A stretch of 64,000 bases of DNA from NCBI GenBank assembly GCA_963836415.1, contig CAWIJE010000004.1:227545-291544 (forward strand). Direction: 5' to 3'. How positions within the stretch are numbered: position 1 is the stretch's first letter; each line of letters opens with the position of its first letter. Of this stretch, positions 1-9,080 are shown piece by piece. A model generated the notes under the pieces. That model made no database searches. It worked only from the letters and a program-made list of their open reading frames with translations, and was not told where the DNA came from. The DNA comes from an uncultured Solirubrobacterales bacterium (GTDB lineage Bacteria; Actinomycetota; Thermoleophilia; Solirubrobacterales; 70-9). The position numbers and the translations under genes are program-made.

Positions 1-1246
1 CGTCGCCGGCGTTCGGCCCCTCGGCGAACTTGGGGTCGATCTCGGGCAGGTCGGCGGTGTCGGGAATGCGCCAGGGCTCGGAGGAGTTGGCGAGGAAGGT
101 GTCGCTGAGCAGGATCACCGGGGTGCGATAGCGGACCGCGACCCGCACGGCCTCGACCGCGGCGTCGAAGCAGCCGGCGGGGGTCGAGGCGGCGATCACC
201 GGCAGCGGCGACTCGCCATGGCGGCCGTGGATCGCCATCAGCAGGTCGGTCTGCTCGGTTTTGGTCGGCATCCCGGTCGAGGGCCCGGCGCGCTGCACGT
301 CGATGATCACCAGCGGCAGCTCGAGCATCGCCGCCAGCCCGATCGTCTCCGCCTTGAGGTCCATCCCGGGGCCGCTGGTCGCGGTGATCCCGAGGTGGCC
401 GGCGAAGGCGGCGCCGACCGCCATGTTGACCGCCGCGATCTCATCCTCGGCCTGAACGGTGCGGACGCCGAAGTTGTCGTGGCGGGCGAGGTGATGGAGG
501 ATCTCGGACGCCGGCGTGATCGGGTAGGTGGCGAAGAAGGGCTGCAGGCCGCTCTTGACGCTGGCGGCGATCAGGCCGAGCGAGAGCGCCGCGGTGCCGT
601 CGACGTTGCGGTACTCGCCGGGGTCGAGCGGCGCCGGCTCGATCTCGATCGGGGTAGTCGCCAGCTCGGCGGTCTCACCGAAGTTGTAACCCGCTTTGAA
701 GGAGGCGAGGTTCGCTTCCTTGATCGCCGGCATTTTCGCGAACTTGGTCTCCAGCCAGGAGATCGAGGCCTCGATCGGCCGGCCGTAGAGCCAGGAGAGG
801 AGGCCGAGGGCGAAGATGTTCTTGGTCCGCTGCCCCTCCGCCGGTTTCAGCCCCTCGATGTCTTCCGTGGCGCGGGTCGCGATCGACGTCATCGGCACGC
901 GGAAGAGCTGGTAGCCGTCGAGGGTGCCGTCGTCGAGCGGGTTCTCGTCGTAACCGGCCTTGCGCAGGTTGTTGTCGGTGAAGGCGTCCTCGTTGACGAT
1001 CACCGTGCCACCCGCCTCCAGCGTCCTCAGGTTCGCCTTCAGCGCCGCCGGGTTCATCGCGACCAGGGTGTTCGGGTGGTCGCCGGGGGTGAGGATGTCG
1101 CGCGAGGCGAAGTGGATCTGGAAGGCGGAGACGCCGTGCGGAGTGCCGGCCGGGGCGCGGATCTCGGCCGGGAAGTCGGGGAGCGTCGAGAGGTCGTTGC
1201 CGAGGGCCGCGGTGGCGGCGGTGAAACGGCCGCCGACGAGCTGCAT
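1..1246 (-). CDS. korA: 2-oxoglutarate/2-oxoacid:ferredoxin oxidoreductase alpha subunit with fused N-terminal gamma-like domain; C-terminus runs off the window edge
   Basis: Reverse-strand translation from the ATG at 1246 reads MQLVGG...VIIDVQRAGPSTGMPTKTEQTDL...ILLSDTFLANSSEPW, a typical PFOR/KorA TPP-binding domain. No stop codon occurs before position 1, which is why the ORF track omits it. The listed plus-strand ORFs in this region are GC-frame antisense artefacts. Confidence 0.8.
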   Translation of the reverse strand, partial: MQLVGGRFTAATAALGNDLSTLPDFPAEIRAPAGTPHGVSAFQIHFASRDILTPGDHPNTLVAMNPAALKANLRTLEAGGTVIVNEDAFTDNNLRKAGYDENPLDDGTLDGYQLFRVPMTSIATRATEDIEGLKPAEGQRTKNIFALGLLSWLYGRPIEASISWLETKFAKMPAIKEANLASFKAGYNFGETAELATTPIEIEPAPLDPGEYRNVDGTAALSLGLIAASVKSGLQPFFATYPITPASEILHHLARHDNFGVRTVQAEDEIAAVNMAVGAAFAGHLGITATSGPGMDLKAETIGLAAMLELPLVIIDVQRAGPSTGMPTKTEQTDLLMAIHGRHGESPLPVIAASTPAGCFDAAVEAVRVAVRYRTPVILLSDTFLANSSEPWRIPDTADLPEIDPKFAEGPNAGD

Positions 1247-1378
1247 GCCATCGCCTGAATCGCCGGCGAACCGGACGATTACCCTCTCTTGCTTCTTCCC
1301 TGTCGTCGCCACTTTTCAAGCCGGCGAATAAGTGGCCGGCCGAGGACTGACGGTAGCAGGCGCATAGGCTCCACCGCG

Positions 1379-2074
1379 ATGGCCCAACTCACCACCTACG
1401 AACTCGACTCAGGCGTCGCCACGATCAGGCTCGACGACGGCAAGGTCAACGCGCTCTCGATCCCGATGCTGGAGGCGCTTCACGCCGACCTCGACCGGGC
1501 CGAGAATGACGGGGCGGTCGTCGTCCTGACCGGCCGCGAGGGCTACTTCTCGGCCGGCTTCGACCTCAACGTCTTCCAGAACGAAGCGGAGCGGATCGTC
1601 GAGATGCTGACCCTCGGCGCCACTCTCTGCGAGCGCCTGCTCGCCTTCCCCCGGCCGGTGCTCGCCGCGGTCAGCGGCCACGCGATCGCGGCCGGCTCCT
1701 TCCTGCCGCTCTGCGCCGACCTGCGGATCGGCGTCGACGGCCCCTTCAAGCTCGGCCTCAACGAGGTCAAGATCGGCCTCACCGTCCCCCTCTTCGTGGT
1801 CGAGCTGGCGCGCCACCGCCTGCGGCCCGCCGACTTCGACCGTGCCCTCGGCACCGCGGCGATGTTCGAGCCGGCGGCCGCGGTCGAGGCCGGCTTCCTC
1901 GACCGTGTCGTCCCCGCCGAAGAGTTCCTGCGGGCGAGCGCCGTGGGGGCCGAGGAGCTCACCGGGCTCAACGCCGAGGCCCACGCGGCGACCAAGCTTC
2001 GGGTCCGCGGCAGGGCGATCGAGGCGGTGCGGACGGCGATCGAGGCCGAGCTCGAGCAACAGGGCTCGGGCTGA
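1379..2074 (+). CDS. enoyl-CoA hydratase/isomerase (crotonase family)
   Basis: MAQLTTYELDSGVATIRLDDGKVNALS...VLTGREGYFSAGFDL is a crotonase-fold signature. The ATG is at 1379; the upstream 30 codons of the listed ORF are R-rich and probably not translated. Confidence 0.8.
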   Translation: MAQLTTYELDSGVATIRLDDGKVNALSIPMLEALHADLDRAENDGAVVVLTGREGYFSAGFDLNVFQNEAERIVEMLTLGATLCERLLAFPRPVLAAVSGHAIAAGSFLPLCADLRIGVDGPFKLGLNEVKIGLTVPLFVVELARHRLRPADFDRALGTAAMFEPAAAVEAGFLDRVVPAEEFLRASAVGAEELTGLNAEAHAATKLRVRGRAIEAVRTAIEAELEQQGSG

Positions 2075-2503
2075 CTAATCCTTTTCGACCACTTCGACGG
2101 TGCCGTGCATCGTCGGGTGGATCTCGCAGTGGTAGGCGTAGGTCCCCGGCTCCTTGAAGGTTTCCGACTGGATCTTGCCTTCCTCAATCGTGCCGGTGTC
2201 GAAGCTGCCGTCGTCGGCGGTTGCCGTGTGCGGCGCCGCGTCCTCGTTCATCCAGATCACCTTGCCGCCTTCCTGGACCCGGACCGGATCGGGGTCGTAG
2301 GCGAAGTCGGCGATGTCGACCTTGACCGACCGCTCGACCTTTTCGCCGGCTTCGGCTTCGGTCGGCACCGTCGCCGGGGAAGCCTTGCCGCCGGCCTCCG
2401 CTTCGGTTTCGGTCGAGGTGCTGTCACCTCCACCGCCGCAGGAGGCGAGCGCGAAGGCACAGAGGACGGCGATCGGCAACAACAGGGCCCTCAAACTGGT
2501 CAT
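2075..2503 (-). CDS. cupredoxin-like blue copper lipoprotein (plastocyanin/pseudoazurin family)
   Basis: The signal peptide has an LASCGG lipobox. The C-terminal YHCEIHPTMHG is a type-1 copper Cys-x2-His-x4-Met ligand motif. Confidence 0.75.
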   Translation of the reverse strand: MTSLRALLLPIAVLCAFALASCGGGGDSTSTETEAEAGGKASPATVPTEAEAGEKVERSVKVDIADFAYDPDPVRVQEGGKVIWMNEDAAPHTATADDGSFDTGTIEEGKIQSETFKEPGTYAYHCEIHPTMHGTVEVVEKD

Positions 2504-2688
2504 GCCTGGACGCCTTTCGGTTGGTGGCTGAGCAGCCGGCCGGCGAGAAAGCCGGCGACGGCGCCGAGAGCGAGCAGGGTCGTCGAGCGCATCGGCGTGC
2601 GGGTGACCTTCGAGGCCGCGCCGCGCGCCGTGTGCTTGGCGGTGGTCTTGACCGCGCCGCGGGCGAGCTTCGATTTGATCGATGCCAT
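2500..2688 (-). CDS. small membrane protein, one C-terminal TM helix
   Basis: A 62-aa ORF with a basic N-terminus and a hydrophobic C-terminal segment (LLALGAVAGFLAGRLL). Its stop overlaps the start of the cupredoxin gene, suggesting coupling. Confidence 0.4.
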   Translation of the reverse strand: MASIKSKLARGAVKTTAKHTARGAASKVTRTPMRSTTLLALGAVAGFLAGRLLSHQPKGVQA

Positions 2689-2724
2689 AGCGGTCGAGTT
2701 ACCCGATCCGCTCGATCCGAACCG

Positions 2725-3729
2725 TCACCCGAGCAGCGACAGCACCTCGCGCTCGATCTTCGTGCGCTGGCGCGGGCCGAAGCTGCCGCCGCTCGCGGAG
2801 CGCGGCAGGGCGATCGTCGCCCCCTCGCGAAAGCAGTCGAGCAGCTTCGGGTCGATATAGGAGCTGCGGGCCACCGCCGGTGTGTTGCCAAGCGCCTCGG
2901 CGACGCTCTCGATCGCGGCGCGGATCGACCGCTCGGCGGCTGCCTTCGTCTCCGGCGGCCCGGCGACCGCGAGCTCGACCGCGGCCAGCACCGTGCCGTG
3001 CCAGGTGCGGAAGTCCTTGGCCGAGAACTCCTCGCCGATCCCTTCCTGGATGTACTCGTTGATCTCGGCGGAGCGGACGTCATGCCACTCGCGTCCGCTC
3101 TTGTAGACGAGCAGGCCGTCCGGGCCCGAGCGACGCCTGCGCATCGCTTCGATCGCCTCCCTGACCGCGGCGTCGCGAATCGACTGCACCCGGCGCTGTC
3201 CGCTCTTCGCCGGGAAGTCGAAGACGACCTCGCCATCGCCGATCGAGACGTGCTCGCGCAGCACGGTCGCCAGCCCGAAGCTCTCGTTCTCCTCGGCGTA
3301 GCGCTCGCCGCCGATCCGGAAGAAGCCGAGATCGAGCAGGCGCACGGCGCAGGCGAGGGCGCGCTCACGCGGCATCCCCTCGAGCTTCAGGTCGCGGGCG
3401 GCAACCCGGCGCAGCTTCTGCAGCCGGGCGGCGAAGGCACGGGTCGCCTCGAACTTGCGCGCCGCGGCCCGCTGCTGCCAACGCTCGTGGTAGAGGTACT
3501 GGGTGCGGCCGGCTTCATCGACGCCGGTCGCCTGGATGTGTCCGAGCGGGTCGGAGCAGACCCAGACCTCGCGCCAGGCAGGCGGGATCGCCAGCTCGGC
3601 GATCCGGGCCACCGTCTCCTCGTCCTCGATCCGCCTTCCCTCGGCGTCCTCGTAGGAGAAGCCACGGCCCCGGCCGCGGCGACGGATCCCGGGGCCGGAG
3701 CAGTCCGAGCGCTTCAAACGACCGCTCAC
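2725..3729 (-). CDS. bacterial type IB DNA topoisomerase (poxvirus-like TopIB)
   Basis: GFSYEDAEGRRIED...IAELAIPPAWREVWVC...AKDFRTWHGT...SSYIDP match the TopIB N-terminal and catalytic Tyr-region motifs. The listed ORF begins at 3951, but a GTG at 3729 is the likely start because the DUF4235 gene on the other strand starts at 3745. Confidence 0.78.
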   Translation of the reverse strand: MSGRLKRSDCSGPGIRRRGRGRGFSYEDAEGRRIEDEETVARIAELAIPPAWREVWVCSDPLGHIQATGVDEAGRTQYLYHERWQQRAAARKFEATRAFAARLQKLRRVAARDLKLEGMPRERALACAVRLLDLGFFRIGGERYAEENESFGLATVLREHVSIGDGEVVFDFPAKSGQRRVQSIRDAAVREAIEAMRRRRSGPDGLLVYKSGREWHDVRSAEINEYIQEGIGEEFSAKDFRTWHGTVLAAVELAVAGPPETKAAAERSIRAAIESVAEALGNTPAVARSSYIDPKLLDCFREGATIALPRSASGGSFGPRQRTKIEREVLSLLG

Positions 3730-3744
3730 GGGTAGCCTGCCCGC

Positions 3745-4029
3745 ATGAAGCTGATCTTCGCCCCGATCGGAATCGTCAGCGGCCTGCTCGCCGGCCTGAT
3801 CGCGCAGAAGGGCTTCGAGCGGCTCTGGGCCGCCTTCGACGAAGAGGACCCGCCCGAGCCCGACAACCGCGAGGTCTCCTGGCCGAAGCTGGTCGCCGCG
3901 CTGGCGGTCGAGGGCGCCGTCTTCCGTCTCGTCAAAGGGCTGGTCGACCACGGCGTGCGCAGCGGCTTCGCCAAGACCACCGGGACCTGGCCGGGCAAGG
4001 ACCCGGCCAAGGAAGAAGCCACCGGCTAG
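3745..4029 (+). CDS. DUF4235-like small membrane-associated protein
   Basis: MKLIFAPIGIVSGLLAGLIAQKGFERLWAAFDEEDPPEPDNREVSW resembles DUF4235 family proteins. Confidence 0.6.
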   Translation: MKLIFAPIGIVSGLLAGLIAQKGFERLWAAFDEEDPPEPDNREVSWPKLVAALAVEGAVFRLVKGLVDHGVRSGFAKTTGTWPGKDPAKEEATG

Positions 4030-4202
4030 CGCCTACTCCGAAGGACGCGCCGGCAATGATGTGCCGCTGGTGATCATGGCCTTCACTGCGGCGACTGCTA
4101 CCCGTGTTGCAGGCGGCGAATCCGTAGCGCTAGGATTTCGGCAGGATTCACCGCCTGGGGGCGGAATCCGGGAAGAGGACAACGCGAGACCGAGGAGTTG
4201 CC

Positions 4203-4541
4203 TTGGCTGCTGATCACGGGGCCTATGCCCCATCGAAACTCGAGACGCTGAGGTCGCGGGACGACCGCGGTGGCGAGCTGATCTCGCTGCGCGGCGAGCT
4301 CGATCTCGGCAACTGCGGCCCGTTTCAGACCGCGCTCGAGGAGGCCCTCGCCGCCGGCGGGCCGATCGTCATCGACATGCGGGAACTCGAGTTCATCGAC
4401 TCGACCGGGATCGCCCTGATCGTCTCCGCCCTGCGCGAGAGCGACGGTCGGATGCGCTTCCGGATGAGCGAGTCCGCGGCGGTCGCCCGCGTGCTCGAGC
4501 TGACCGGCATCACCGACAAGCTGCCGGTCGCCGACGCCTAG
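4203..4541 (+). CDS. STAS-domain anti-sigma factor antagonist
   Basis: The SpoIIAA-like STAS fold is indicated by LSLRGELDLGNCGPFQ...VIDMRELEFIDSTGIALIVSAL. Confidence 0.75.
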   Translation: MAADHGAYAPSKLETLRSRDDRGGELISLRGELDLGNCGPFQTALEEALAAGGPIVIDMRELEFIDSTGIALIVSALRESDGRMRFRMSESAAVARVLELTGITDKLPVADA

Positions 4542-4828
4542 CCGCTGCCGGCCTCCTCGCTCGGCGGCACGTCGCGGTCGGGGAAGCGATGCTGGTCGCC
4601 GTGCTCGGCGACATCCTCGAGCCGCCGCTCGGCCTGCTCGAAACCCTCCGACTCACCTTGACCGGCCTCTTCGAGCGGCTCCTGCGCCGGGTCGTCAGAG
4701 AGCGGCTCCACCTTGCCGCCGATCTCCCGGGCTTCCGCTTCCGCCGCCTCGGTCTCGCGCTCGTCCGCGTCGCGCTCGTCGACGCTGTCGCCTTCCTCGG
4801 GCACCTTCGACTCCTCGTTCACGCTCAC
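4538..4828 (-). CDS. acidic hypothetical protein
   Basis: A 96-aa Glu/Asp-rich ORF whose start overlaps the stop of the upstream oxidoreductase (4825-4828), suggesting translational coupling. Confidence 0.4.
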   Translation of the reverse strand: MSVNEESKVPEEGDSVDERDADERETEAAEAEAREIGGKVEPLSDDPAQEPLEEAGQGESEGFEQAERRLEDVAEHGDQHRFPDRDVPPSEEAGSG

Positions 4829-5754
4829 ACCTCCAGGACGGTCTTCTTATGAGGGCTCTGTCCCTCCCAGACCGAGTCGAGATCGCCCAGTGGGACGCGC
4901 TCGACCGGCACGCTCAGCTCGCCGGCGGCCGCATGGCGGCACATCGCCGCGAAGGCCTCCCGTTTCTGCTCCGCCGACGCCTTGAAGTTCGTGTGGCCGA
5001 TGATCCGCGCCAGCTTGTCGCGGAAGAGGCGGGCCGGGACCTCCGCCGTCGGCCCGGCCGAGTGGCCGACCTGGACCAGGCGGCCCTCCTGATTGAGGGC
5101 GCCGATCGCGGCCATCGCGCTCGCCCCCCAGATCGGGTCGATGACGACGTCGAAGCCGCCGCCTGCCGCATGCGCCAGCCGCTCCGAGAGGTCGTCACCG
5201 TCGTCGAGCTCGACGACGGCGTCGGCGCCGAGCTGCTCGCGGGCCCGGTCGAGCCCCTCCTCGCTGCGCGCCGCCGCCACCACCCGGCCGGCGCCGAGGA
5301 GGCGGGCGCCCTGGACCGCGATCTGGCCGACGACGCCGCTGGCGCCGAGCACGAGGACGCTTTCCCCCGGCTGCAGCTCGGCGCGCCAGGTCAGCGCAAG
5401 CCAGGCGGCGAGGCCGGAGATGCCGAAGCTGACGGCGAGGCCGTCGTCGACCCCGTCGGGGACCTCGATCGCGACCGCGGGATCGATTGCGGTCCACTCG
5501 GCCATCGATCCATAGGGCGGAATCGAAGCGTCGAAATAGACCCGGCGGCCGTCGATCGAGCCGACGCCCTCGAGCCCCGCGACCGAGGGCAGGGCCGGCT
5601 CGCGGTTAGGGAATTTGCCGGCCGCGATCGTCCTGTCGACCGGGTTGAGGCCGGCGACCGAGACCTCGACCAGGGAGCCCTGGGCCGGGGCGGGCTGCTC
5701 GAAGTCAGCGACCCGCGGCGGCTCGTCGAAGCTGTTGATGATGGCGGCCCTCAA
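4825..5754 (-). CDS. zinc-binding alcohol dehydrogenase / quinone oxidoreductase (MDR family)
   Basis: LRAAIINSFDEPP...VLVLGASGVVGQIAVQGARLLGAGRVVAAARS is the MDR Rossmann motif. The probable TTG start at 5754 lies 3 nt after the stop of the upstream F420 oxidoreductase. The upstream 290 codons of the listed ORF are R-rich junk overlapping that gene. Confidence 0.75.
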   Translation of the reverse strand: MRAAIINSFDEPPRVADFEQPAPAQGSLVEVSVAGLNPVDRTIAAGKFPNREPALPSVAGLEGVGSIDGRRVYFDASIPPYGSMAEWTAIDPAVAIEVPDGVDDGLAVSFGISGLAAWLALTWRAELQPGESVLVLGASGVVGQIAVQGARLLGAGRVVAAARSEEGLDRAREQLGADAVVELDDGDDLSERLAHAAGGGFDVVIDPIWGASAMAAIGALNQEGRLVQVGHSAGPTAEVPARLFRDKLARIIGHTNFKASAEQKREAFAAMCRHAAAGELSVPVERVPLGDLDSVWEGQSPHKKTVLEV

Positions 5755-5756
5755 CG

Positions 5757-6749
5757 CTAGCCGCGGCTCAGTGATCGAGTCAGCCGCGGCAGGACCTGGT
5801 GGCCGTAGACGTCGACCGCGGTGACCGGATCGGCGCCGGAGTTGTTCATCAGGGCCACGGTGGTCGCGCCGAGCTCTTCGACCTGGCGCACCCGCTCGGC
5901 GTGGAGGTCGGGGTCGGAGGAGATGATCATCGCCTCCTTCAGGTCGTCGTCGGAGACCTGCTTCTCGGCATGCTCGGACATCGCCGCCGGGTCGTGCCAG
6001 GCCTCGGTGTAGAACTCCTTCGGCTGCGCTCCCTTCCAGACCCGGGCCCCCTCGAGCGCGGCGTCGTCGTCCTCGGCCCAGGAGAAGGCCGCCTGCAGGA
6101 CGATCTCGCCGGGTGCCCGCCCGGCGTCGTCGGCGGCGCCACGGTAGGCATCGAGGATCGACGGCACCGTCTCCTGGTCGGCCAGCGTCCAGAGTCCGTC
6201 GCCCTGGCGCCCGGCGACCGCGGCGGCTTCGGGGCCGAAGGCGGATACGTAGATCGGAGGGCGCCGATCGGGCCGGGTGTGGAGCACCGCCCCGTCGGCG
6301 CTGAAATGCGCGCCCTCGCCGCTCACGGTCTTGCCCTCGAAGAGGACCTTGATCAGTTCCAGCGCCTCCTCCATGCGCTCGATCTGCTTCCCGGGGGGCG
6401 GCCACTCGGCCCCCAGCGGCGACTCGTTGAGCGACTCGCCGGAGCCGATGCCGAGGTAGGGCCGGCCCGGGAACAGCTGCTCCAGCGTCGCCCAGGCCTG
6501 CGCGATCAGAACCGGGTGGTAGCGAGGCCCGGCGGGCGTCACCGCGGTCCCCAGGGCGACGTCCTTGGTCGCGTGACCGGCGGCGCCGAGCCAGACCCAG
6601 GCCTGGCCGGACTCGCCGCCCTCCCACCAGGGCTGCAGATGATCGCTGCAGCCGATGCCGTCAAAGCCGACCGCTTCCGCCGCGACGGCCTGACGCAGCA
6701 GGTCCGCCGGCTCGAACTGCTCGTGCGCACAGATATGGAAGTAGCGCAT
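5757..6749 (-). CDS. LLM-class F420-dependent oxidoreductase (F420-dependent glucose-6-phosphate dehydrogenase-like)
   Basis: MRYFHICAHEQFEPADLLRQAVAAEAVGFDGIGCSDHLQPWW...LGIGSGESLNE closely parallels Fgd/luciferase-like monooxygenase sequences. The likely start is the M at 6749. Confidence 0.8.
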   Translation of the reverse strand: MRYFHICAHEQFEPADLLRQAVAAEAVGFDGIGCSDHLQPWWEGGESGQAWVWLGAAGHATKDVALGTAVTPAGPRYHPVLIAQAWATLEQLFPGRPYLGIGSGESLNESPLGAEWPPPGKQIERMEEALELIKVLFEGKTVSGEGAHFSADGAVLHTRPDRRPPIYVSAFGPEAAAVAGRQGDGLWTLADQETVPSILDAYRGAADDAGRAPGEIVLQAAFSWAEDDDAALEGARVWKGAQPKEFYTEAWHDPAAMSEHAEKQVSDDDLKEAMIISSDPDLHAERVRQVEELGATTVALMNNSGADPVTAVDVYGHQVLPRLTRSLSRG

Positions 6750-6792
6750 GGGTCGCGGATACCCCGTTTCAGGGGAGGACAATCGTCGCTCG

Positions 6793-7134
6793 TCAGCTGC
6801 TTGCGCCGGCCACCGCGTGTTGGAGTTGGGCCTTGCTCATCGACGAGCGCCCTTCGATGCCGAGCTTCTTGGCGTCGTTGTAGAGCTGGTCCCGGGTTCG
6901 CCCGCCGGGCCCGCTGCCGGAGCGCCTGCCTCCCCTGCTGCTCGCCGAGGCTCCCCTGGTCGAGCTGCGTGAGGACGTGCGCGACTCGCCCGCGCGCGCC
7001 TTTTCCTTGTTCACGGCCCGCGCCGCGATCTCCTCGGCGCGTTTCTCCGAGCGCCCCTCGCTCTTCTCGCTCGCCTTGATGTGCTCGTACTGACGAGCCC
7101 GCTTCGTCCCTTTTTTCACGCCTCGCGGTGGCAT
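6793..7134 (-). CDS. small basic protein with C-terminal Rho-N-like domain
   Basis: The C-terminal TRDQLYNDAKKLGIEGRSSMSKAQLQHAV resembles the Rho termination factor N-terminal helical domain. The N-terminus is Lys/Arg-rich. Confidence 0.5.
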   Translation of the reverse strand: MPPRGVKKGTKRARQYEHIKASEKSEGRSEKRAEEIAARAVNKEKARAGESRTSSRSSTRGASASSRGGRRSGSGPGGRTRDQLYNDAKKLGIEGRSSMSKAQLQHAVAGASS

Positions 7135-7254
7135 CCGTGTTCCTTTCCGGTCGACTGCGAACACGCTTCATTTACCCGCGGGCGGCGCACCTACGCATCG
7201 GAGGCGCGATTGCCAAAACGGTTTTGAGCGACCGGCGAGGGGTACCTCGCTGCC

Positions 7255-9078
7255 ATGCCAGGGGGTGAGGAGAAGACGATCGAGACGCGGATCCCGGCTC
7301 GCCTCGACCGGCTGCCCTGGTCCCGCTTCCACTGGATGATCGTGATCGGCCTGGGGACGGTCTGGATCCTCGACGGCCTCGAGGTGACGATCGTCGGCAG
7401 CATCAGCGGCCGCCTGACCGAATCCGGCAGCGGCCTGACGCTCGACCCCAGCCAGATCGGCACCGCCGCCGCCTTCTACGTCGCCGGCGCCTGCGTCGGG
7501 GCGCTCTTCTTCGGCCAGCTGACCGACCGCCTGGGCCGCAAGAAGCTCTTCCTCCTCACCCTCGGTGTCTACATCGCGGCGACGATCGCCACCGCCTTCT
7601 CCTTCTCGCCGCTCTACTTCTTCGTCGCCCGCTTCTTCACCGGGGCCGGGATCGGCGGCGAGTACGCAGCGATCAACTCGGCGATCGACGAGCTGATCCC
7701 GGCCCGCGTGCGCGGCCGTGTCGACCTGATCATCAACGGCAGCTACTGGGCCGGGGCGGCAGCCGGGGCGCTCGCCTCGATCGCCCTACTCGACACCGCG
7801 CTCTTCGCCGCCGACCTCGGCTGGCGCCTCGCCTTCATCATCGGCGCGACGCTCGGCGTCGGCATCCTCCTCGTCCGCCGCAACGTGCCGGAGAGCCCGC
7901 GCTGGCTCTTCATCCACGGCCGTGAGGACGAGGCCGAGGCGATCGTCGCCGAAATCGAGGACGAAGTCCGAGAGCAGACCGGCGAGGACCTCGAGGAGCC
8001 GGAGGGCTCGATCGAAGTCCACCCGCGCGAGCGGATCAGCTTTGGCGAGATCGCCCGCACGGCGGTCTCGAAATACCCGCGGCGGACGATTCTCGGCCTT
8101 TCCCTCTTCGTCGGCCAGGCCTTCCTCTACAACGCCGTCACCTTCGACCTCGGCACCCTGCTGACCGAATTCTTCGAGGTCTCCGCCGGCGCGGTCCCGA
8201 TCTACATAGCGATCTTCGCCTTCTCCAACTTCCTCGGCCCGCTCACCCTCGGCCGCCTCTTCGACACGGTCGGCCGCAAGCCGATGGTCACCGGCACCTA
8301 CCTCGGCTCGGCGGTGATCACGGCCGTGCTCGGCTTCTTCCTGCTCGACGGCAGCCTCACCACCTGGTCCTTCATGGCCTTCGTCCTGGCGATCTTCTTC
8401 CTCGCCTCGGCCGGCGCCAGCTCCGCCTACCTGACCGTCAGCGAGATCTTCCCGATGGAGTCGCGGGCGCTCTCGATCGCCTTTTTCTACGCGGTCGGCA
8501 CGGCGGCGGGCGGGATCGCCGGCCCGCTGCTCTTCGGTCACCTGATCAACACCGGCAGCGAAAGCCAGGTCGCGATCGGCTTCTTCATCGGCGCCGTGAC
8601 GATGGCGATCGGCGGCATCGCCGAGCTCTTCTTCGGCGTCAAGGCGGAGCAGCGCCCGCTCGAGGACATCGCCGAACCGCTGACCGCGACCGGCGAAGGC
8701 GACGGCGACTCGACGACGGCGGCCGACGAGGAGCGCGAGACGCCGCCCCCATCCGCTCGCCCGCCGCGGCGCTTTCGGCCCGGGCCGGGCTCGTCGCGCA
8801 CATCTCCGGGGATGCCGGTTTCGATGCCGCTCTGGGGCCCCGACACCGGGCGCGAGCGCGAGGTGGCGATGATCGACCGCGCTCTCCGCGAGCGCGGCAG
8901 CGCCGACCGGCGCGAGCTCGGCCGCCGGGTCGGCGCCCGCTACTGGGGACCGGGCCGCTACCGCGCCGCGCTGCGCGAGGCGGTCCTCGAGGGTCGCGCC
9001 AAGCGCCTGCGGGGCGGCGAGTACGCAGCCGCCGGCTCCGCTCCGGATGAGCCGCCTCCGACCCTCGGTCGGACCTAG
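7255..9078 (+). CDS. MFS transporter (metabolite:H+ symporter type) with ~150-aa C-terminal cytoplasmic extension
   Basis: Twelve predicted TM helices, the LTDRLGRKK loop 2-3 motif and PESPRWL. After about residue 460 comes a Pro/Arg-rich linker and then a helical segment, [48 protein letters not shown]. Confidence 0.85.
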   Translation: MPGGEEKTIETRIPARLDRLPWSRFHWMIVIGLGTVWILDGLEVTIVGSISGRLTESGSGLTLDPSQIGTAAAFYVAGACVGALFFGQLTDRLGRKKLFLLTLGVYIAATIATAFSFSPLYFFVARFFTGAGIGGEYAAINSAIDELIPARVRGRVDLIINGSYWAGAAAGALASIALLDTALFAADLGWRLAFIIGATLGVGILLVRRNVPESPRWLFIHGREDEAEAIVAEIEDEVREQTGEDLEEPEGSIEVHPRERISFGEIARTAVSKYPRRTILGLSLFVGQAFLYNAVTFDLGTLLTEFFEVSAGAVPIYIAIFAFSNFLGPLTLGRLFDTVGRKPMVTGTYLGSAVITAVLGFFLLDGSLTTWSFMAFVLAIFFLASAGASSAYLTVSEIFPMESRALSIAFFYAVGTAAGGIAGPLLFGHLINTGSESQVAIGFFIGAVTMAIGGIAELFFGVKAEQRPLEDIAEPLTATGEGDGDSTTAADEERETPPPSARPPRRFRPGPGSSRTSPGMPVSMPLWGPDTGREREVAMIDRALRERGSADRRELGRRVGARYWGPGRYRAALREAVLEGRAKRLRGGEYAAAGSAPDEPPPTLGRT

Positions 9079-9080
9079 CC

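Noticed and set aside
218-1258. 346-aa plus-strand ORF, and nested 675..1319 minus ORF
   Set aside because: Both are Arg/Gly/Asp-rich GC-frame translations. The real gene is korA on the minus strand in a third frame, which has no in-window stop and so is absent from the ORF list.
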